A stretch of DNA of 64,000 nucleotides from Bacteroidales bacterium (GTDB lineage: Bacteria; Bacteroidota; Bacteroidia; Bacteroidales; UBA10428): contig DATGXG010000011.1 in the NCBI GenBank assembly GCA_035299085.1, positions 22,640 through 86,639 on the forward strand, given 5' to 3'. The position numbers and the translations under genes are program-made. A model generated the notes under the pieces. It did not search any database. It saw nothing but the letters and a program-made list of their open reading frames with translations, and was not told the origin of the DNA. Numbering within the stretch: the first letter of the stretch is position 1; every line of letters starts with the position of its first letter. Shown piece after piece: positions 19,515 through 29,566 of this stretch.

Positions 19515-19542
19515 GTAGTGACGCGATTGATCGCGTCTCTGC
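19515..19542. repeat. GTAG-tagged REP-like palindrome
   Basis: GTAGTGACGCGAT-TG-ATCGCGTCTCTGC stem-loop in the intergenic gap. Confidence 0.75.
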
Positions 19543-19565
19543 AGAATGCATGAAAAGGGCGTCTA

Positions 19566-20441
19566 TTACTGTCCCGAATTCTTCATTGCCAATCCCGCAA
19601 TAGCTGACCAGTCCATTTTCTCACCGCCGTTTGCCATAAGTTCTACATAACGCTGGTGGAGGAGGTTGACAAGAGGCATAGGTACATGAAGTGCTTCGGA
19701 CGCTGCCATGGCAAGTTTGACATCCTTTAGCCCTAGTGGTGCAGCAAAACCGGGAGGAGTGAATTGTTGTTCGATAACCAGTTTTCCATAATACACATAA
19801 ATGGGTGATGAGAACAGGGTGGAAGTAAAAATGTCGAGGCATTGTTGACGGTTCATTCCGGCTTTATTGAAGAGTGCCATTACTTCTCCGAGCGATTCAA
19901 TGACAGTGGCTATCAGAAAATTTCCGCTTAGTTTGAAGAGATTTGCATCACGGGGGTTGGTACCTAAATAGAATGTTTTTTGGCCGAGGGCATCAAAAAC
20001 CGGCTGAAGTATTTCGAATGAAATCTTGTTTCCGGCTGCAACGATAAAAAGTTTTGCGGCCGCTGCGGCTTCAGGTCGGCCAAAAACGGGCGCTGATATG
20101 AAATTTTGTCCTGCGTTCTGATGTTCAATGGTAAGTTTTTCACTTAAGGCCGTGCTGATCGTACTCATCGACACATGAACCGATCCTTTTTGCATACCGT
20201 TTATGAGGCCGTTTTCACCCTGTGTAATGTTTAGCAGGGCATTATCATCCGACAGCATGGTGATGACGACTTCGCTTCCCGCGAGGCCGGCCGGATCATT
20301 AACCAGCCTGCCGCCGGCATCGGCAAGGGATTGCGTTTTTTGAGGCGTACGGTTGTATATTGTCACTTCAAATCCTGCTTTTAGCAGGTTAGCGGCCATA
20401 GGTCTTCCCATACTTCCGATTCCGGCAAATCCGATTTTCAT
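19566..20441 (-). CDS. NAD(P)-dependent oxidoreductase, beta-hydroxyacid dehydrogenase family
   Basis: GIGSMGRPMA, MSTIS, SAPVFGRP, KLSGN, LGLKDV. Confidence 0.9.
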   Translation of the reverse strand: MKIGFAGIGSMGRPMAANLLKAGFEVTIYNRTPQKTQSLADAGGRLVNDPAGLAGSEVVITMLSDDNALLNITQGENGLINGMQKGSVHVSMSTISTALSEKLTIEHQNAGQNFISAPVFGRPEAAAAAKLFIVAAGNKISFEILQPVFDALGQKTFYLGTNPRDANLFKLSGNFLIATVIESLGEVMALFNKAGMNRQQCLDIFTSTLFSSPIYVYYGKLVIEQQFTPPGFAAPLGLKDVKLAMAASEALHVPMPLVNLLHQRYVELMANGGEKMDWSAIAGLAMKNSGQ

Positions 20442-20600
20442 GATGATGTTTTTTAAAGGACAAAGATACGGTGGGATTGTTCGAAAGTTCGGCTCAGGCT
20501 GTGCCTGAGTCGGATTATAGCTGCAGGCTTCAGCCTGCTTCCGGAATGGAATCTATGGAAGAAGGGGGATTACTGGCATGATCCCTTTCAGGGAGATCCC

Positions 20601-20738
20601 TGCAAAAGTTCAAAAATCCCTTCCGTCGCTGTCGCGCCGGCAGGCTTTTAAATTTTACAGGGGAACTGCAAGCGAGCTTGCGTTCCCCTGTAAAATTTAA
20701 AATCCCGGGCTTCGCCACGGGATTTTTGAACTTTTGCG
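20601..20738. repeat. Nested long inverted repeat abutting tRNA-Ser 3' end
   Basis: GCAAAAGTTCAAAAATCCC pairs with GGGATTTTTGAACTTTTGC; inner TTTTAAATTTTACAGGGGAAC..GTTCCCCTGTAAAATTTAAAA. Confidence 0.85.
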
Positions 20739-20823
20739 GAGAGGGGGGGATTCGAACCCCCGGAACCCCGAAGGGTTCAACAGTTTTCGAGACTGCCCCG
20801 ATCGACTACTCTGGCACCTCTCC
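20737..20823 (-). tRNA. tRNA-Ser(CGA)
   Basis: GGAGAGG/CCTCTCC acceptor, GCAGT-CTCGAAA-ACTGT anticodon arm, long variable arm, GGTTCGAATCC T arm; no encoded CCA; TATCTTTG promoter upstream. Confidence 0.96.
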
Positions 20824-20890
20824 TTAAACTGGTTGCAAAGATAATGGGTAATTCGGGAAATCAAAAAATGAAGTTCGTTTGTTCAGAAAT

Positions 20891-20929
20891 AATGAAGAAA
20901 TGAAGAATGAAGAATGAAGAATGAAGAAT
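20891..20929. repeat. (AATGAAG)5 heptamer array
   Basis: Direct reading between the dedA stop and the tRNA promoter. Confidence 0.85.
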
Positions 20930-20938
20930 CAATACCGA

Positions 20939-21574
20939 TTACTTGTTTTCTTTTTTAATCTTCAACTTAATGGCGTTGAACACAAAAGGAATCGATGTGA
21001 TCACGATTAGGAAAATGACGATGTATTCGAGATAATCTTTTGTTTTGGGCACATAAATTCCCAGGTAATAACCGGTCAGAACCAGGATGTTAACCCACAA
21101 AAGAGCGCCGACAAGGCTGTTGAATAAAAACTTATGATACTTAATTCTGACAATACCCGCTACAATCGGGGCAAAAGTCCTGACTATCGGAAGAAACCTG
21201 CAAAGAATAATTGTTTTGTTCCCATGTTTCTGGTAGAACCGGTTTGCCGTTTCCAGGTGTTTCTGCTTGAAAAAGATACCTGATTTTCGCCTGAACAGGT
21301 AAGGTCCGACCCTTTTTCCAAAATGATACCCGACAATATTTCCCAGTACTGCCGCCAGGATGATAAGAAGAATAAGCCATATAAGGCCAATCTTCAGGAT
21401 TCCGGTGGCACAAAACAATCCGGCTGTGAAAAGAAGCGAATCTCCGGGAAGAAAGAAACCGACGAATAACCCGGTTTCAGCGAATACTACAATAAGCAGC
21501 AGGTAAATGCCACCATAACGGATAATACTTTCAGGATGCACCAGTTCTTTAAAAAATTCAAATAGTTGATCCAT
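20939..21574 (-). CDS. DedA/VTT family membrane protein
   Basis: FAETGLFVGFFLPGDSLLFTAG, RFLPIVRTFAP. Confidence 0.93.
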   Translation of the reverse strand: MDQLFEFFKELVHPESIIRYGGIYLLLIVVFAETGLFVGFFLPGDSLLFTAGLFCATGILKIGLIWLILLIILAAVLGNIVGYHFGKRVGPYLFRRKSGIFFKQKHLETANRFYQKHGNKTIILCRFLPIVRTFAPIVAGIVRIKYHKFLFNSLVGALLWVNILVLTGYYLGIYVPKTKDYLEYIVIFLIVITSIPFVFNAIKLKIKKENK

Positions 21575-21643
21575 CCGTTCGTATTAGGGTATTAAAAATA
21601 TAAAATTTATGGGTCAACAGCAAATTCCTATTGCTTGTTACCT

Positions 21644-21684
21644 AAAAAGAAAGCGGTTATAGCCTGAAACCATAACCGCTTCTT
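21644..21684 (-). terminator. Intrinsic terminator after M13 peptidase
   Basis: AAGCGGTTAT/ATAACCGCTT stem followed by T-rich tract on minus strand. Confidence 0.7.
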
Positions 21685-21700
21685 ATGTCACCCTGAATTT

Positions 21701-23755
21701 TTACCAAATCACCGGTCTCTCATTTTCCGGCCTGTATAATTTATTTCCCTCCTTCACGTTCGGGAAGGCAACATAGAACTCAGGCATGTTGAACACAGTG
21801 CCGTTTACCCTGTATTTTGCAGGCGAATGTTCATCCGTGAGCACTCTTTTGCGCAGAGCCTGGTCACGCATATTGTTCCTCCAAATCTGTCCGAACGACA
21901 GGAAAAACCGTTGGTTTCCGGTGAATCCGTCAATCAGTGCTGGAGCCGGTTTGCCCTGCAACGAGAGCTGGTAGGCGTTGTATGCAACCGTTGCACCGCC
22001 AAGATCAGCTATATTCTCACCAAGGGTCAGCTGACCATTGATGAAAAGGGAATCCAGCACTTCAAATTTGCTGTACTGATCAACCAGTATCTGTGTATGC
22101 TCTTTAAATGATTTCACGTCAGCTGGTGTCCACCAGTCGCGCAGATTGCCATCCTTGTCATACTGGCGGCCCATGTTATCGAAACCATGTGTCATTTCGT
22201 GACCGATAACCAGTCCGATTCCGCCGTAATTTACGGCATCATCAGCGTTCATATTAAAGAAAGGAGGCTGCAGAATTCCGGCAGGGAATACAATCTCGTT
22301 TTTGCTGGGCTCATAATAGGCATTCACGGTCTGAGGTGTCATTCCCCATTCGGTTTTATCAACCGGTTTGCCCACCTTGTTCATTGAATAAATGAATTCA
22401 AAGTTTCCTGAGTTTAAAACATTGGTAATGTATGTATCGGTAACTTTCAGTGTCGAATAATCCCTCCATTTGTCGGGATAACCCACTTTCACATTCATCT
22501 TTTCGAGTTTTGCCAGTGCTTCCTGCTTGGTTTCGGGACCGATCCATGTGAGGTTCTGTATCCTCTGTTTGAGTGACTCCTTCAGGTTTCCAACCAGTTC
22601 AATCATTTTCTGCTTGGCTTCCGGGGGGAAGTATTCCTTTACATACAGCTGACCGATGGCTTCGCCCAGGCTTCCGCTTGTCATGTCAAGAACTAGTTTC
22701 CAGCGGGGTTCGGGTTTTTCCTGACCCGACAGGGTTTTATAATAGAAATCAAAATTCTGTTTTTCGAAATCACTGCTCAGGTAAGCGGATGCATGATTGA
22801 TCAAAGACCATCTCAAAAAGGTTTTCCAGTCGGCAACCGGAACCGATTTCATCATGCCGCTCAGCTCTTTCAGGAATACAGGCTGATATACGTTCATTTC
22901 ACGGATCTGGGGATAGCCGATGTTCAGCATATATGCCTGCCAGTCTACTGCCGGCGATAATTTTGCCAGCTGTTCAATTGTCATTTTGTTATAGGTCTTC
23001 TGAGGATCCTGGTTTTCTACATTGGTGAAAGAAGCTTTGGCAAGCCTTGTTTCCATGTTCATAACCGTCTCAGCATTCTTTTGGGCAACCTCGGGTTGAT
23101 CTTTCAAAAGGGTGAACATTTTTGTCAGGTGCACGAGATAAGCATCGCGGATTTTCTTGCTTTCTGCATCCGTCCTGAAATAATAGTCGCGATCAGGCAG
23201 GCCGATACCTGACTGGTAGAAATTGGCAATGACCATTTCACTGTTTTTCTGATCGGCATTCGGGAACACAAAGAAGAACGGGCTTATACCGAGAGTCTGA
23301 AAGTAAGCACCAACCTTCTGCACGTCAGCGATGGTCTGAATGCTGTCGATTTTTGCAAACAGGCCCTTAAGCGGATCAACACCTTCTTTTTCAATTTTTA
23401 CAGTGTCCATACCGGCATTGTAATAATTGCCAATCTGGGCGCTTACACTGCCGGCGGTTGTATCTTTTTCTTTTGCTGCATTTTCTATGATTTGCCGGAT
23501 CTGTTCCCGGTTTCTTTCATCCAGTTCGGTGAAAGCTGACCATGAATTTTTGTCGGCCGGGATCGGGTTATTCTTTACCCAGGTTCCATTCACATAAAGG
23601 AAAAAGTCATCACCCGGGTTCACCGTTGTGTCCATATTCTGAACTTCAAAAGCCGGGTAAACTTTCTTTTCTGCTGTTTCCTTTTTATTTCCTGAACAGC
23701 CGGAAAGTAAGGATATCGCTGTCACTGCAGCAATAATTGAAAAGGTATATTTCAT
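21701..23755 (-). CDS. M13 family zinc metallopeptidase (PepO-like) lipoprotein
   Basis: LSGC lipobox, VNAYY, HEMTH, GENIAD. Confidence 0.95.
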   Translation of the reverse strand: MKYTFSIIAAVTAISLLSGCSGNKKETAEKKVYPAFEVQNMDTTVNPGDDFFLYVNGTWVKNNPIPADKNSWSAFTELDERNREQIRQIIENAAKEKDTTAGSVSAQIGNYYNAGMDTVKIEKEGVDPLKGLFAKIDSIQTIADVQKVGAYFQTLGISPFFFVFPNADQKNSEMVIANFYQSGIGLPDRDYYFRTDAESKKIRDAYLVHLTKMFTLLKDQPEVAQKNAETVMNMETRLAKASFTNVENQDPQKTYNKMTIEQLAKLSPAVDWQAYMLNIGYPQIREMNVYQPVFLKELSGMMKSVPVADWKTFLRWSLINHASAYLSSDFEKQNFDFYYKTLSGQEKPEPRWKLVLDMTSGSLGEAIGQLYVKEYFPPEAKQKMIELVGNLKESLKQRIQNLTWIGPETKQEALAKLEKMNVKVGYPDKWRDYSTLKVTDTYITNVLNSGNFEFIYSMNKVGKPVDKTEWGMTPQTVNAYYEPSKNEIVFPAGILQPPFFNMNADDAVNYGGIGLVIGHEMTHGFDNMGRQYDKDGNLRDWWTPADVKSFKEHTQILVDQYSKFEVLDSLFINGQLTLGENIADLGGATVAYNAYQLSLQGKPAPALIDGFTGNQRFFLSFGQIWRNNMRDQALRKRVLTDEHSPAKYRVNGTVFNMPEFYVAFPNVKEGNKLYRPENERPVIW

Positions 23756-23796
23756 AGAGTATGTTGAGTTTTTTATGGAGGCAAAGGTAATGATTT

Positions 23797-23872
23797 AATG
23801 TGCTAATAAGCCAATGTGCCAATATGCTAATTAAAAAACGCTTCATTGGCACATTAGCACATTAGCACATTA
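23797..23872. repeat. Inverted pair of octamer arrays (AATGTGCy)n / (ATTrGCAC)n
   Basis: Left arm 23797-23831, right arm 23845-23872; last unit supplies the GH16 TAA. Confidence 0.85.
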
Positions 23873-24694
23873 CTTCTCATACACCCTCACATATTCCAAT
23901 TCCATCCTTTGCGGCCAGATGGAATCGTCAATGCCTTTCTGTCCGCCCCAGCCACCGCCAATGGCAATGTTCAGGATGAGGTAAAAGGGCTTGTCGAACG
24001 GCCATGCTTCCCAGCCGGTGCGATCATTGGTCGAGGTAAAGTATAATTTGTCATCAAGGAAAATCTGCATGGTATCAGGTCCCCATTCCAGAATGTAATT
24101 ATGAAAGGCATCCGAAACATCCTTCATGAAAATTGTGTCTGTTCGTTGAGTACCTGCAGGCCAGTTGTATTTTTTACAATGGGTGGAGGCATGAATAAAA
24201 CCAGGATTGAATCCAACATGCTCCATAATATCAATTTCGCCGTTGTCAGGCCAGAACGCATCGCTGTAACTCTGTTTTGCCGGCATCATCCAGATAGCAG
24301 GCCATGTGCCCACTCCTTTCGGAAGTTTAGCCCTGATCTCAAATCTTCCATAGGTCCATTCCTGTTTTCCCTTTGATATTAACCGTGCAGAAGTGTATTG
24401 ATTTGTATCCATCTTTTCTTTTCGGGCTTCAATGATCAGAACACCATTTTCAACCCTTGCATTCTCAAGCCTTGAACCGGTATAATATTCCCGTTCCTGG
24501 TTACCCCAGCCATGGCCGCCAATATCATAAGACCATTTTGTTGAATCGGGCAAACCGGTGTAATCAAATTCATCCGACCAAACAAGTTTCCATCCCTTTG
24601 ACGCCAGGTCATCTGTGCTTTTCGGCTGGGTATTACAGCCAGCTAAAAAAGAAACAATGGCCACTGCCAAAACTGCATTCAATAAACATTTCAT
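23870..24694 (-). CDS. Glycoside hydrolase family 16 (laminarinase-like) lipoprotein
   Basis: LAGC lipobox, WSDEF, WPAIWM, EIDIME catalytic motif. Confidence 0.94.
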   Translation of the reverse strand: MKCLLNAVLAVAIVSFLAGCNTQPKSTDDLASKGWKLVWSDEFDYTGLPDSTKWSYDIGGHGWGNQEREYYTGSRLENARVENGVLIIEARKEKMDTNQYTSARLISKGKQEWTYGRFEIRAKLPKGVGTWPAIWMMPAKQSYSDAFWPDNGEIDIMEHVGFNPGFIHASTHCKKYNWPAGTQRTDTIFMKDVSDAFHNYILEWGPDTMQIFLDDKLYFTSTNDRTGWEAWPFDKPFYLILNIAIGGGWGGQKGIDDSIWPQRMELEYVRVYEK

Positions 24695-24758
24695 GGCGAA
24701 TAGAGGTTTTTAATTTAAATCCGTTTTGTTAAGGAATAAATGTACTAAATTTATCATT

Positions 24759-25949
24759 ATGGCAGATTTCCACATCAATAAGGTACCTACTTTTCCGATT
24801 CTGCAACATGAAAACTGCAGAAGTATGGAGTCGAAGGTACTTAAAGCTTCTGAACGGATACCGATAGGAATTCTTATTCCGGCTCTTTATTCTGATCTTT
24901 CAGGTGCCGCCATGCGCCATATTATTGAAGTGCTTGCAGAAACCGGTTATGTAAGAAAAGTATACATATCACTCGACAGGGCTACCGCAGAGGATAACGC
25001 CAGGGCTGTTGAAATTGTTGCACCGCTCGGAAAGAAAGCATCTTTAGTTTGGAACGATAAGCCGGAGGTACTGTCTGTAATTGAGCAGATTGAAAAGCAA
25101 CTCTCCCTCGGAAGCCGTGGCAAGGGCAGGGCAGTGTGGACCTGCCTGGGGTATATTATCGGAAAAGGCGAAATATCGGCTGTTGCATTCCATGACGCGG
25201 ATATCCTTACCTATGACAGGGATTTTCTTACAAGGCTCCTTTTCCCTATGATGTACCTCCGGTTTCAGTTTGTGAAAGGGTACTATGTCCGTTATGATAA
25301 AAAGTTGTTCGGCAGGGTTTCCAGGCTGTTCTATTTTCCGCTTGTCAGAACCCTTAAGGATATGTTCGGAAGTACCGAATTTCTAGACTATATGGGTGAT
25401 TTCAGATATCCTTTGTCAGGAGAATTTGCCACCTATATCAGCCAGGCACGCATGATGCAGTTCCCGTCTGACTGGGGTATCGAAGTGGGATTGCTTGGTG
25501 AGATTTATCGTCTTGTCAGGGAATCACGCATTTGCCAGATTGAACTCACAAGCCGTTACGATCATAAACACCAGAATGTGGGTTCACAGAATGAAAAAGG
25601 TTTGTATAAAATGGCTTCCGATATTGCACGGACGTTCTTTACCCACATGGCAAGCAACGGAGTAGCGCTGAATTCCGAGGTATTCAGGACAGTGCGTCTC
25701 ACTTACCTTAAACATGCACGTGAAATGGTGGGTATATATGAGTCACTGGCTGAAATGTATGATGAACGCATTTCATTTGATTTTCATGAAGAACTGAAAA
25801 CCGTCGAGGTTTTCGCCAGTGCCATTGATTCGGGAGTGCTTGATTTCTGCGATCAGCATTTCGGCTCGCCGCTGATACCCGATTGGAAACGAGTGGAATC
25901 AGCTATCGACGGAATATTGAATGACCTTGTTAACGCGGTTGAATTATAA
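24759..25949 (+). CDS. GT-A glycosyltransferase, glucosyl-3-phosphoglycerate synthase-like
   Basis: MADF start, GKGRAVW, HDADI, KGYY.R, GRVSRL, YPLSGEF, DWGIEVG, YDHKHQ. Confidence 0.75.
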   Translation: MADFHINKVPTFPILQHENCRSMESKVLKASERIPIGILIPALYSDLSGAAMRHIIEVLAETGYVRKVYISLDRATAEDNARAVEIVAPLGKKASLVWNDKPEVLSVIEQIEKQLSLGSRGKGRAVWTCLGYIIGKGEISAVAFHDADILTYDRDFLTRLLFPMMYLRFQFVKGYYVRYDKKLFGRVSRLFYFPLVRTLKDMFGSTEFLDYMGDFRYPLSGEFATYISQARMMQFPSDWGIEVGLLGEIYRLVRESRICQIELTSRYDHKHQNVGSQNEKGLYKMASDIARTFFTHMASNGVALNSEVFRTVRLTYLKHAREMVGIYESLAEMYDERISFDFHEELKTVEVFASAIDSGVLDFCDQHFGSPLIPDWKRVESAIDGILNDLVNAVEL

Positions 25950-26593
25950 AAATAATAGTGTCTGAAAGCTATTACCAGCAGAAACAGATAGTAGTTTACC
26001 TGGAATGATCGTTGCCATAAACCCACCAGTTTTTCCGCCCATCCCAGCCAATTAAGCTGAAGCCGGGCTGTTACAAAAAAGAACCAAAGAATAAGGCCTG
26101 TAAAAACTACAAATATCAGATAGGCAAAAAAAAGAGGGTTATTTTTCCTGTTATGCCTGTTCATAAAAATAAATGGCAAAACAAAAATTGCAGCAGTACC
26201 TGCGGCGCCTAAAATATAGTGCATTGTTTCAGACAGACTGAGATGCCCCGGGTGATAAACTCCGGGAAATGCTCCCGAACCAAACACATCACAAATGCCA
26301 TAGACAGCTATCAGCCATGCAGCTATACGCTCACGGGAAGCCGGTTCTGCACTTTTAAAATAGGCAAATGCAAAAACAACAAACAAAATACCCAGGAATA
26401 TCCAGATCCAGGAGATTTCGCGGCCTATGGGACTCGCTGAAATACCCATTGCACTTATGGTTTGTGATAGCGGACGATAGCCCGGATAAAAAAGCGGGAA
26501 AATAAATGAAGTAATCATATCACCGGTGCAGGCAATAATGCAGGCGATGAAAGCCGTTTCTGACAAGCGCTTTATATGCTGAACAGTTGTCAC
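25853..26593 (-). CDS. DUF998-like membrane protein
   Basis: PGYRPLSQTISAMG, H in TM region, GLWQR; GTG start immediately after mprF stop. Confidence 0.72.
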   Translation of the reverse strand: MTTVQHIKRLSETAFIACIIACTGDMITSFIFPLFYPGYRPLSQTISAMGISASPIGREISWIWIFLGILFVVFAFAYFKSAEPASRERIAAWLIAVYGICDVFGSGAFPGVYHPGHLSLSETMHYILGAAGTAAIFVLPFIFMNRHNRKNNPLFFAYLIFVVFTGLILWFFFVTARLQLNWLGWAEKLVGLWQRSFQVNYYLFLLVIAFRHYYFYNSTALTRSFNIPSIADSTRFQSGISGEPKC

Positions 26594-29161
26594 TTATTTC
26601 TGAATTACTCTTGATAACACAACAGGAACCTGGATCAGGTCATAATCATTATCGTACACCAGGTACCTGTTTTGCCAAACGGGTTCAAACTTGTCCTTGT
26701 ACTCCCGGAGACCCTTGTATTGGGCAAGAGCTCTTATTTTTTCATAGGCAAACCTGATCGATTTATCTTTTATCGTTTGTCCTTCGTTTAATCCCGAAAG
26801 GGGTGCGAATCCAAGATTAAGGTAATGAATGCCGTTGCTTTTGAGGTAATTGATGAGTTCAATGAGTATAAAATCCATTATACCATTCGGAGCATCCGCT
26901 GTTTTTCTTAATAAATCGTATGTGCCTTCGTTCGGAGCATAGTCAGGTATTACATTCAGGAAGGCTATCACCTTTTCTTCACTGTTTTCGACTGTAATTA
27001 TTGTCTGACCTTTCAATTCCTTCCATTCAAAACTGCCTTGAGAAAAAATGATTTCCTTTCTTTCAGTAAGTTCCAGCCATTCATCAGAAACTGATTTAAT
27101 TTTCTGTAATATGCCGTCCTTAACAGGAGGCTGGTGAATCTGCACCCTGTAACCCTTATCGCGTATCTTGTTGATTGCATTCCGGATTGATTTCCTGCTG
27201 GTGCCTTCAAGACTGAATTTATCAAGATTGACGACTGCTTCCTGTCCGATAAACATATTCTTTTTTCCGCAGCCTGAGAAAATACCCAGGCTTTCAACCG
27301 GAACTCTGTAATAAATGCTTTTTAACCCGTTTTCATAACAGTAGCGGTCGAATTGTTTTGCACATTTTATTGCATCATTCTCATTTGCCGCAACAGGATT
27401 TTCAAGAACAACAGCATAATTGCCTGTTACCCTGTATGCAATGAAAGCTTCAATTCCTTCTGGGAAAAAGATCAGTTTATCTGGCAGAATCTTGAAATAG
27501 TCGAGTGCAGATTTTCCATGTTTGCCGAGCAGTACCTTTGCTTTGGCAATATCTTCTTCTGAAGCATTTTCTTTGTATACATAAGGCAGGACCAGGCAGT
27601 AAACAAGAAATGCAATTGACAGCAACCCGCCGGCATTGATTGATAGTATAAAATCATGCCCGAATTTGTCCATAGGAACAAGTTCGTTACTTCCTATCAG
27701 GAAATAATTGGCAAATGTATACCGGATTGAATCGGCTATGCTTAAATCACCATTAAAGTGTTTCTGGTGCAGTAAATAAAAGCCGACTGTTCCATAAATA
27801 AAAATTACCGCTGCACTGATAAGTGCAGTCTGCAGTCCCAGATTCCGTAACCGCGGATTATTTTTTACATAGTATTCTTTGCGGGTAAAGAGCAACAGGA
27901 TAATGATAATAAAGGCCACCGATGCTTCTTCATAGTCAATGGCCTTTGTTATATGGCCTACAAGAGATACTATGCTAAGAAGCAGCGCCATCCACCATGC
28001 CGAACGAAGTCCTTTCATCATAAACGCTGCCGTTACAAGGAGAAAGAAACCTGCAATCAGCACAAAAAAATTGGAGGCGTGAATGGCATCAAGCATAATG
28101 TATTCCTTAAGCGTTTCAATTCGCCAGTGTATTGCCGGTGTAATGGCTGAAATAATGTTGATCAGACCAAGCAATAGGATTGCAAGCGCCGGTATGGTAC
28201 GCATGAGTAACTTGTTAATCTTTGACACGAAGCTTATGATTCCTGCAAACAGGGGAAGCCAGAATTCAAAAAACCGGTACAGAAGGGTTACCGACAAAGC
28301 TGTGACATTTGAGAAGCCGAACCTGACAAGGATGATGCTCATGGATACCTCAACGGCGCCCAAACCTCGTAAAAACGGCGAAATAATCAGGAATACAACC
28401 GAGATAATATAAGCCATTACGGCGGCCATCATTGAAGGATCGGCATTCAGTGCCTTCATTGCGATAAAGACGTGAGCAATTCCTGCAAATTCAATAAATA
28501 TGGAAACCACAAGGGTAAGCAAAAGCCGTCCGGATGAAATGTTTAGCTGAAGAATATCCTCAATTGTAGCTTCAACCGCCGGGAATCGCCTGATCAGCAA
28601 GGAATAAATGCGGCCTTTTTTATAGAGTGAAACAAGCAACACACCGATAAGAATCGTTATACCAATGAGCACAAGAAGCTCCGTAATTTCGGCCGAACCG
28701 GTTTTTCCTTCCATAAAGGCAATTACAAAAGCCGGAATCGCTACTACAATAACTGAAACAATTCCTATGAATGCATAAATGCTCGATGCATAATGGATTT
28801 GATTTTTACTGATCCCCTTTGATTCAATCCTTCCGGTAAAAAAAGCAAGTGAAGAAACGCCTCCTGCCGGCAAAAAAACGCTTATAAAATTTCTTTTCAG
28901 GAAAAGATTAATGGTGTCTATAAGCCTTACCCTGGTTCCGATTGCATGGAAACAGGTTACATAAAGCAGCCCCTGTAAAATGAGATAGGCTATCGTAACC
29001 AGAAGTCCGGCTACAACCCAAAACCAGTGAGCTGTTACAAGTGCCGTTTTAACGTCGGAGAGCTCTGCTTTTTCATGGCGCAGAAACCATATACCCATAC
29101 CAAAAAAAACAACAGTGAGCAAAAATTGAACGATCAGCTTGCCGTTTGGTGACGAGTTCAT
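26594..29161 (-). CDS. mprF: MprF-like aminoacyl-phosphatidylglycerol flippase/synthase
   Basis: N-terminal multi-TM flippase (GLGAVE); C-terminal GQEA, DLLR, NGIMDF, LGFAPLSG, GLREYKDKFEPVW. Confidence 0.88.
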   Translation of the reverse strand: MNSSPNGKLIVQFLLTVVFFGMGIWFLRHEKAELSDVKTALVTAHWFWVVAGLLVTIAYLILQGLLYVTCFHAIGTRVRLIDTINLFLKRNFISVFLPAGGVSSLAFFTGRIESKGISKNQIHYASSIYAFIGIVSVIVVAIPAFVIAFMEGKTGSAEITELLVLIGITILIGVLLVSLYKKGRIYSLLIRRFPAVEATIEDILQLNISSGRLLLTLVVSIFIEFAGIAHVFIAMKALNADPSMMAAVMAYIISVVFLIISPFLRGLGAVEVSMSIILVRFGFSNVTALSVTLLYRFFEFWLPLFAGIISFVSKINKLLMRTIPALAILLLGLINIISAITPAIHWRIETLKEYIMLDAIHASNFFVLIAGFFLLVTAAFMMKGLRSAWWMALLLSIVSLVGHITKAIDYEEASVAFIIIILLLFTRKEYYVKNNPRLRNLGLQTALISAAVIFIYGTVGFYLLHQKHFNGDLSIADSIRYTFANYFLIGSNELVPMDKFGHDFILSINAGGLLSIAFLVYCLVLPYVYKENASEEDIAKAKVLLGKHGKSALDYFKILPDKLIFFPEGIEAFIAYRVTGNYAVVLENPVAANENDAIKCAKQFDRYCYENGLKSIYYRVPVESLGIFSGCGKKNMFIGQEAVVNLDKFSLEGTSRKSIRNAINKIRDKGYRVQIHQPPVKDGILQKIKSVSDEWLELTERKEIIFSQGSFEWKELKGQTIITVENSEEKVIAFLNVIPDYAPNEGTYDLLRKTADAPNGIMDFILIELINYLKSNGIHYLNLGFAPLSGLNEGQTIKDKSIRFAYEKIRALAQYKGLREYKDKFEPVWQNRYLVYDNDYDLIQVPVVLSRVIQK

Positions 29162-29245
29162 ATTTTCAAATTAACTTTCAACAAAATTACATCACAAACT
29201 TTTGTATTATGCAAGGGTTGTATTAACAAATGTTAAATTGATATT

Positions 29246-29566
29246 ATGAACTGGATTTATCTGTTAATAGCAGGAGCGTTTGAAATTGGCTGGCCTCTTG
29301 GGTTTAAATTATCACAAACCACTCCGCACCGGTTCTTCTGGATTGGCTTTGCCATTGTGTCAATGGGTTTGAGCGGTCTGTTTTTATGGTATGCCCAGAA
29401 GACAATCCCCATAGGTACCGCATATTCGATATGGACCGGAATTGGCGCCTCAGGAACACTCCTTATCGGAATATTCTTCTTTAAAGATCCGGCAGATATA
29501 GGACGGCTTTTCTTTGCCTCGCTTATTATAGTAGGGATTATCGGGCTTAAATCTCAGACAGCTTAG
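29246..29566 (+). CDS. SMR family small multidrug / guanidinium exporter (SugE/Gdx-like)
   Basis: 106 aa, 4 TM, AGAFEIGW, PIGTAYSIWTGIG. Confidence 0.9.
   Translation: MNWIYLLIAGAFEIGWPLGFKLSQTTPHRFFWIGFAIVSMGLSGLFLWYAQKTIPIGTAYSIWTGIGASGTLLIGIFFFKDPADIGRLFFASLIIVGIIGLKSQTA

Noticed and set aside
20530..20718. 62-aa ORF after tRNA-Ser
   Set aside because: Lies within the inverted repeat; no protein features
7890..20823. Genomic island integrated at tRNA-Ser carrying the ars cluster
   Set aside because: No integrase and no duplicated tRNA 3' end found by eye
29162..29245. Guanidine riboswitch before the SMR gene
   Set aside because: 84-nt AT-rich divergent promoter gap without GC stems or ACGR loops
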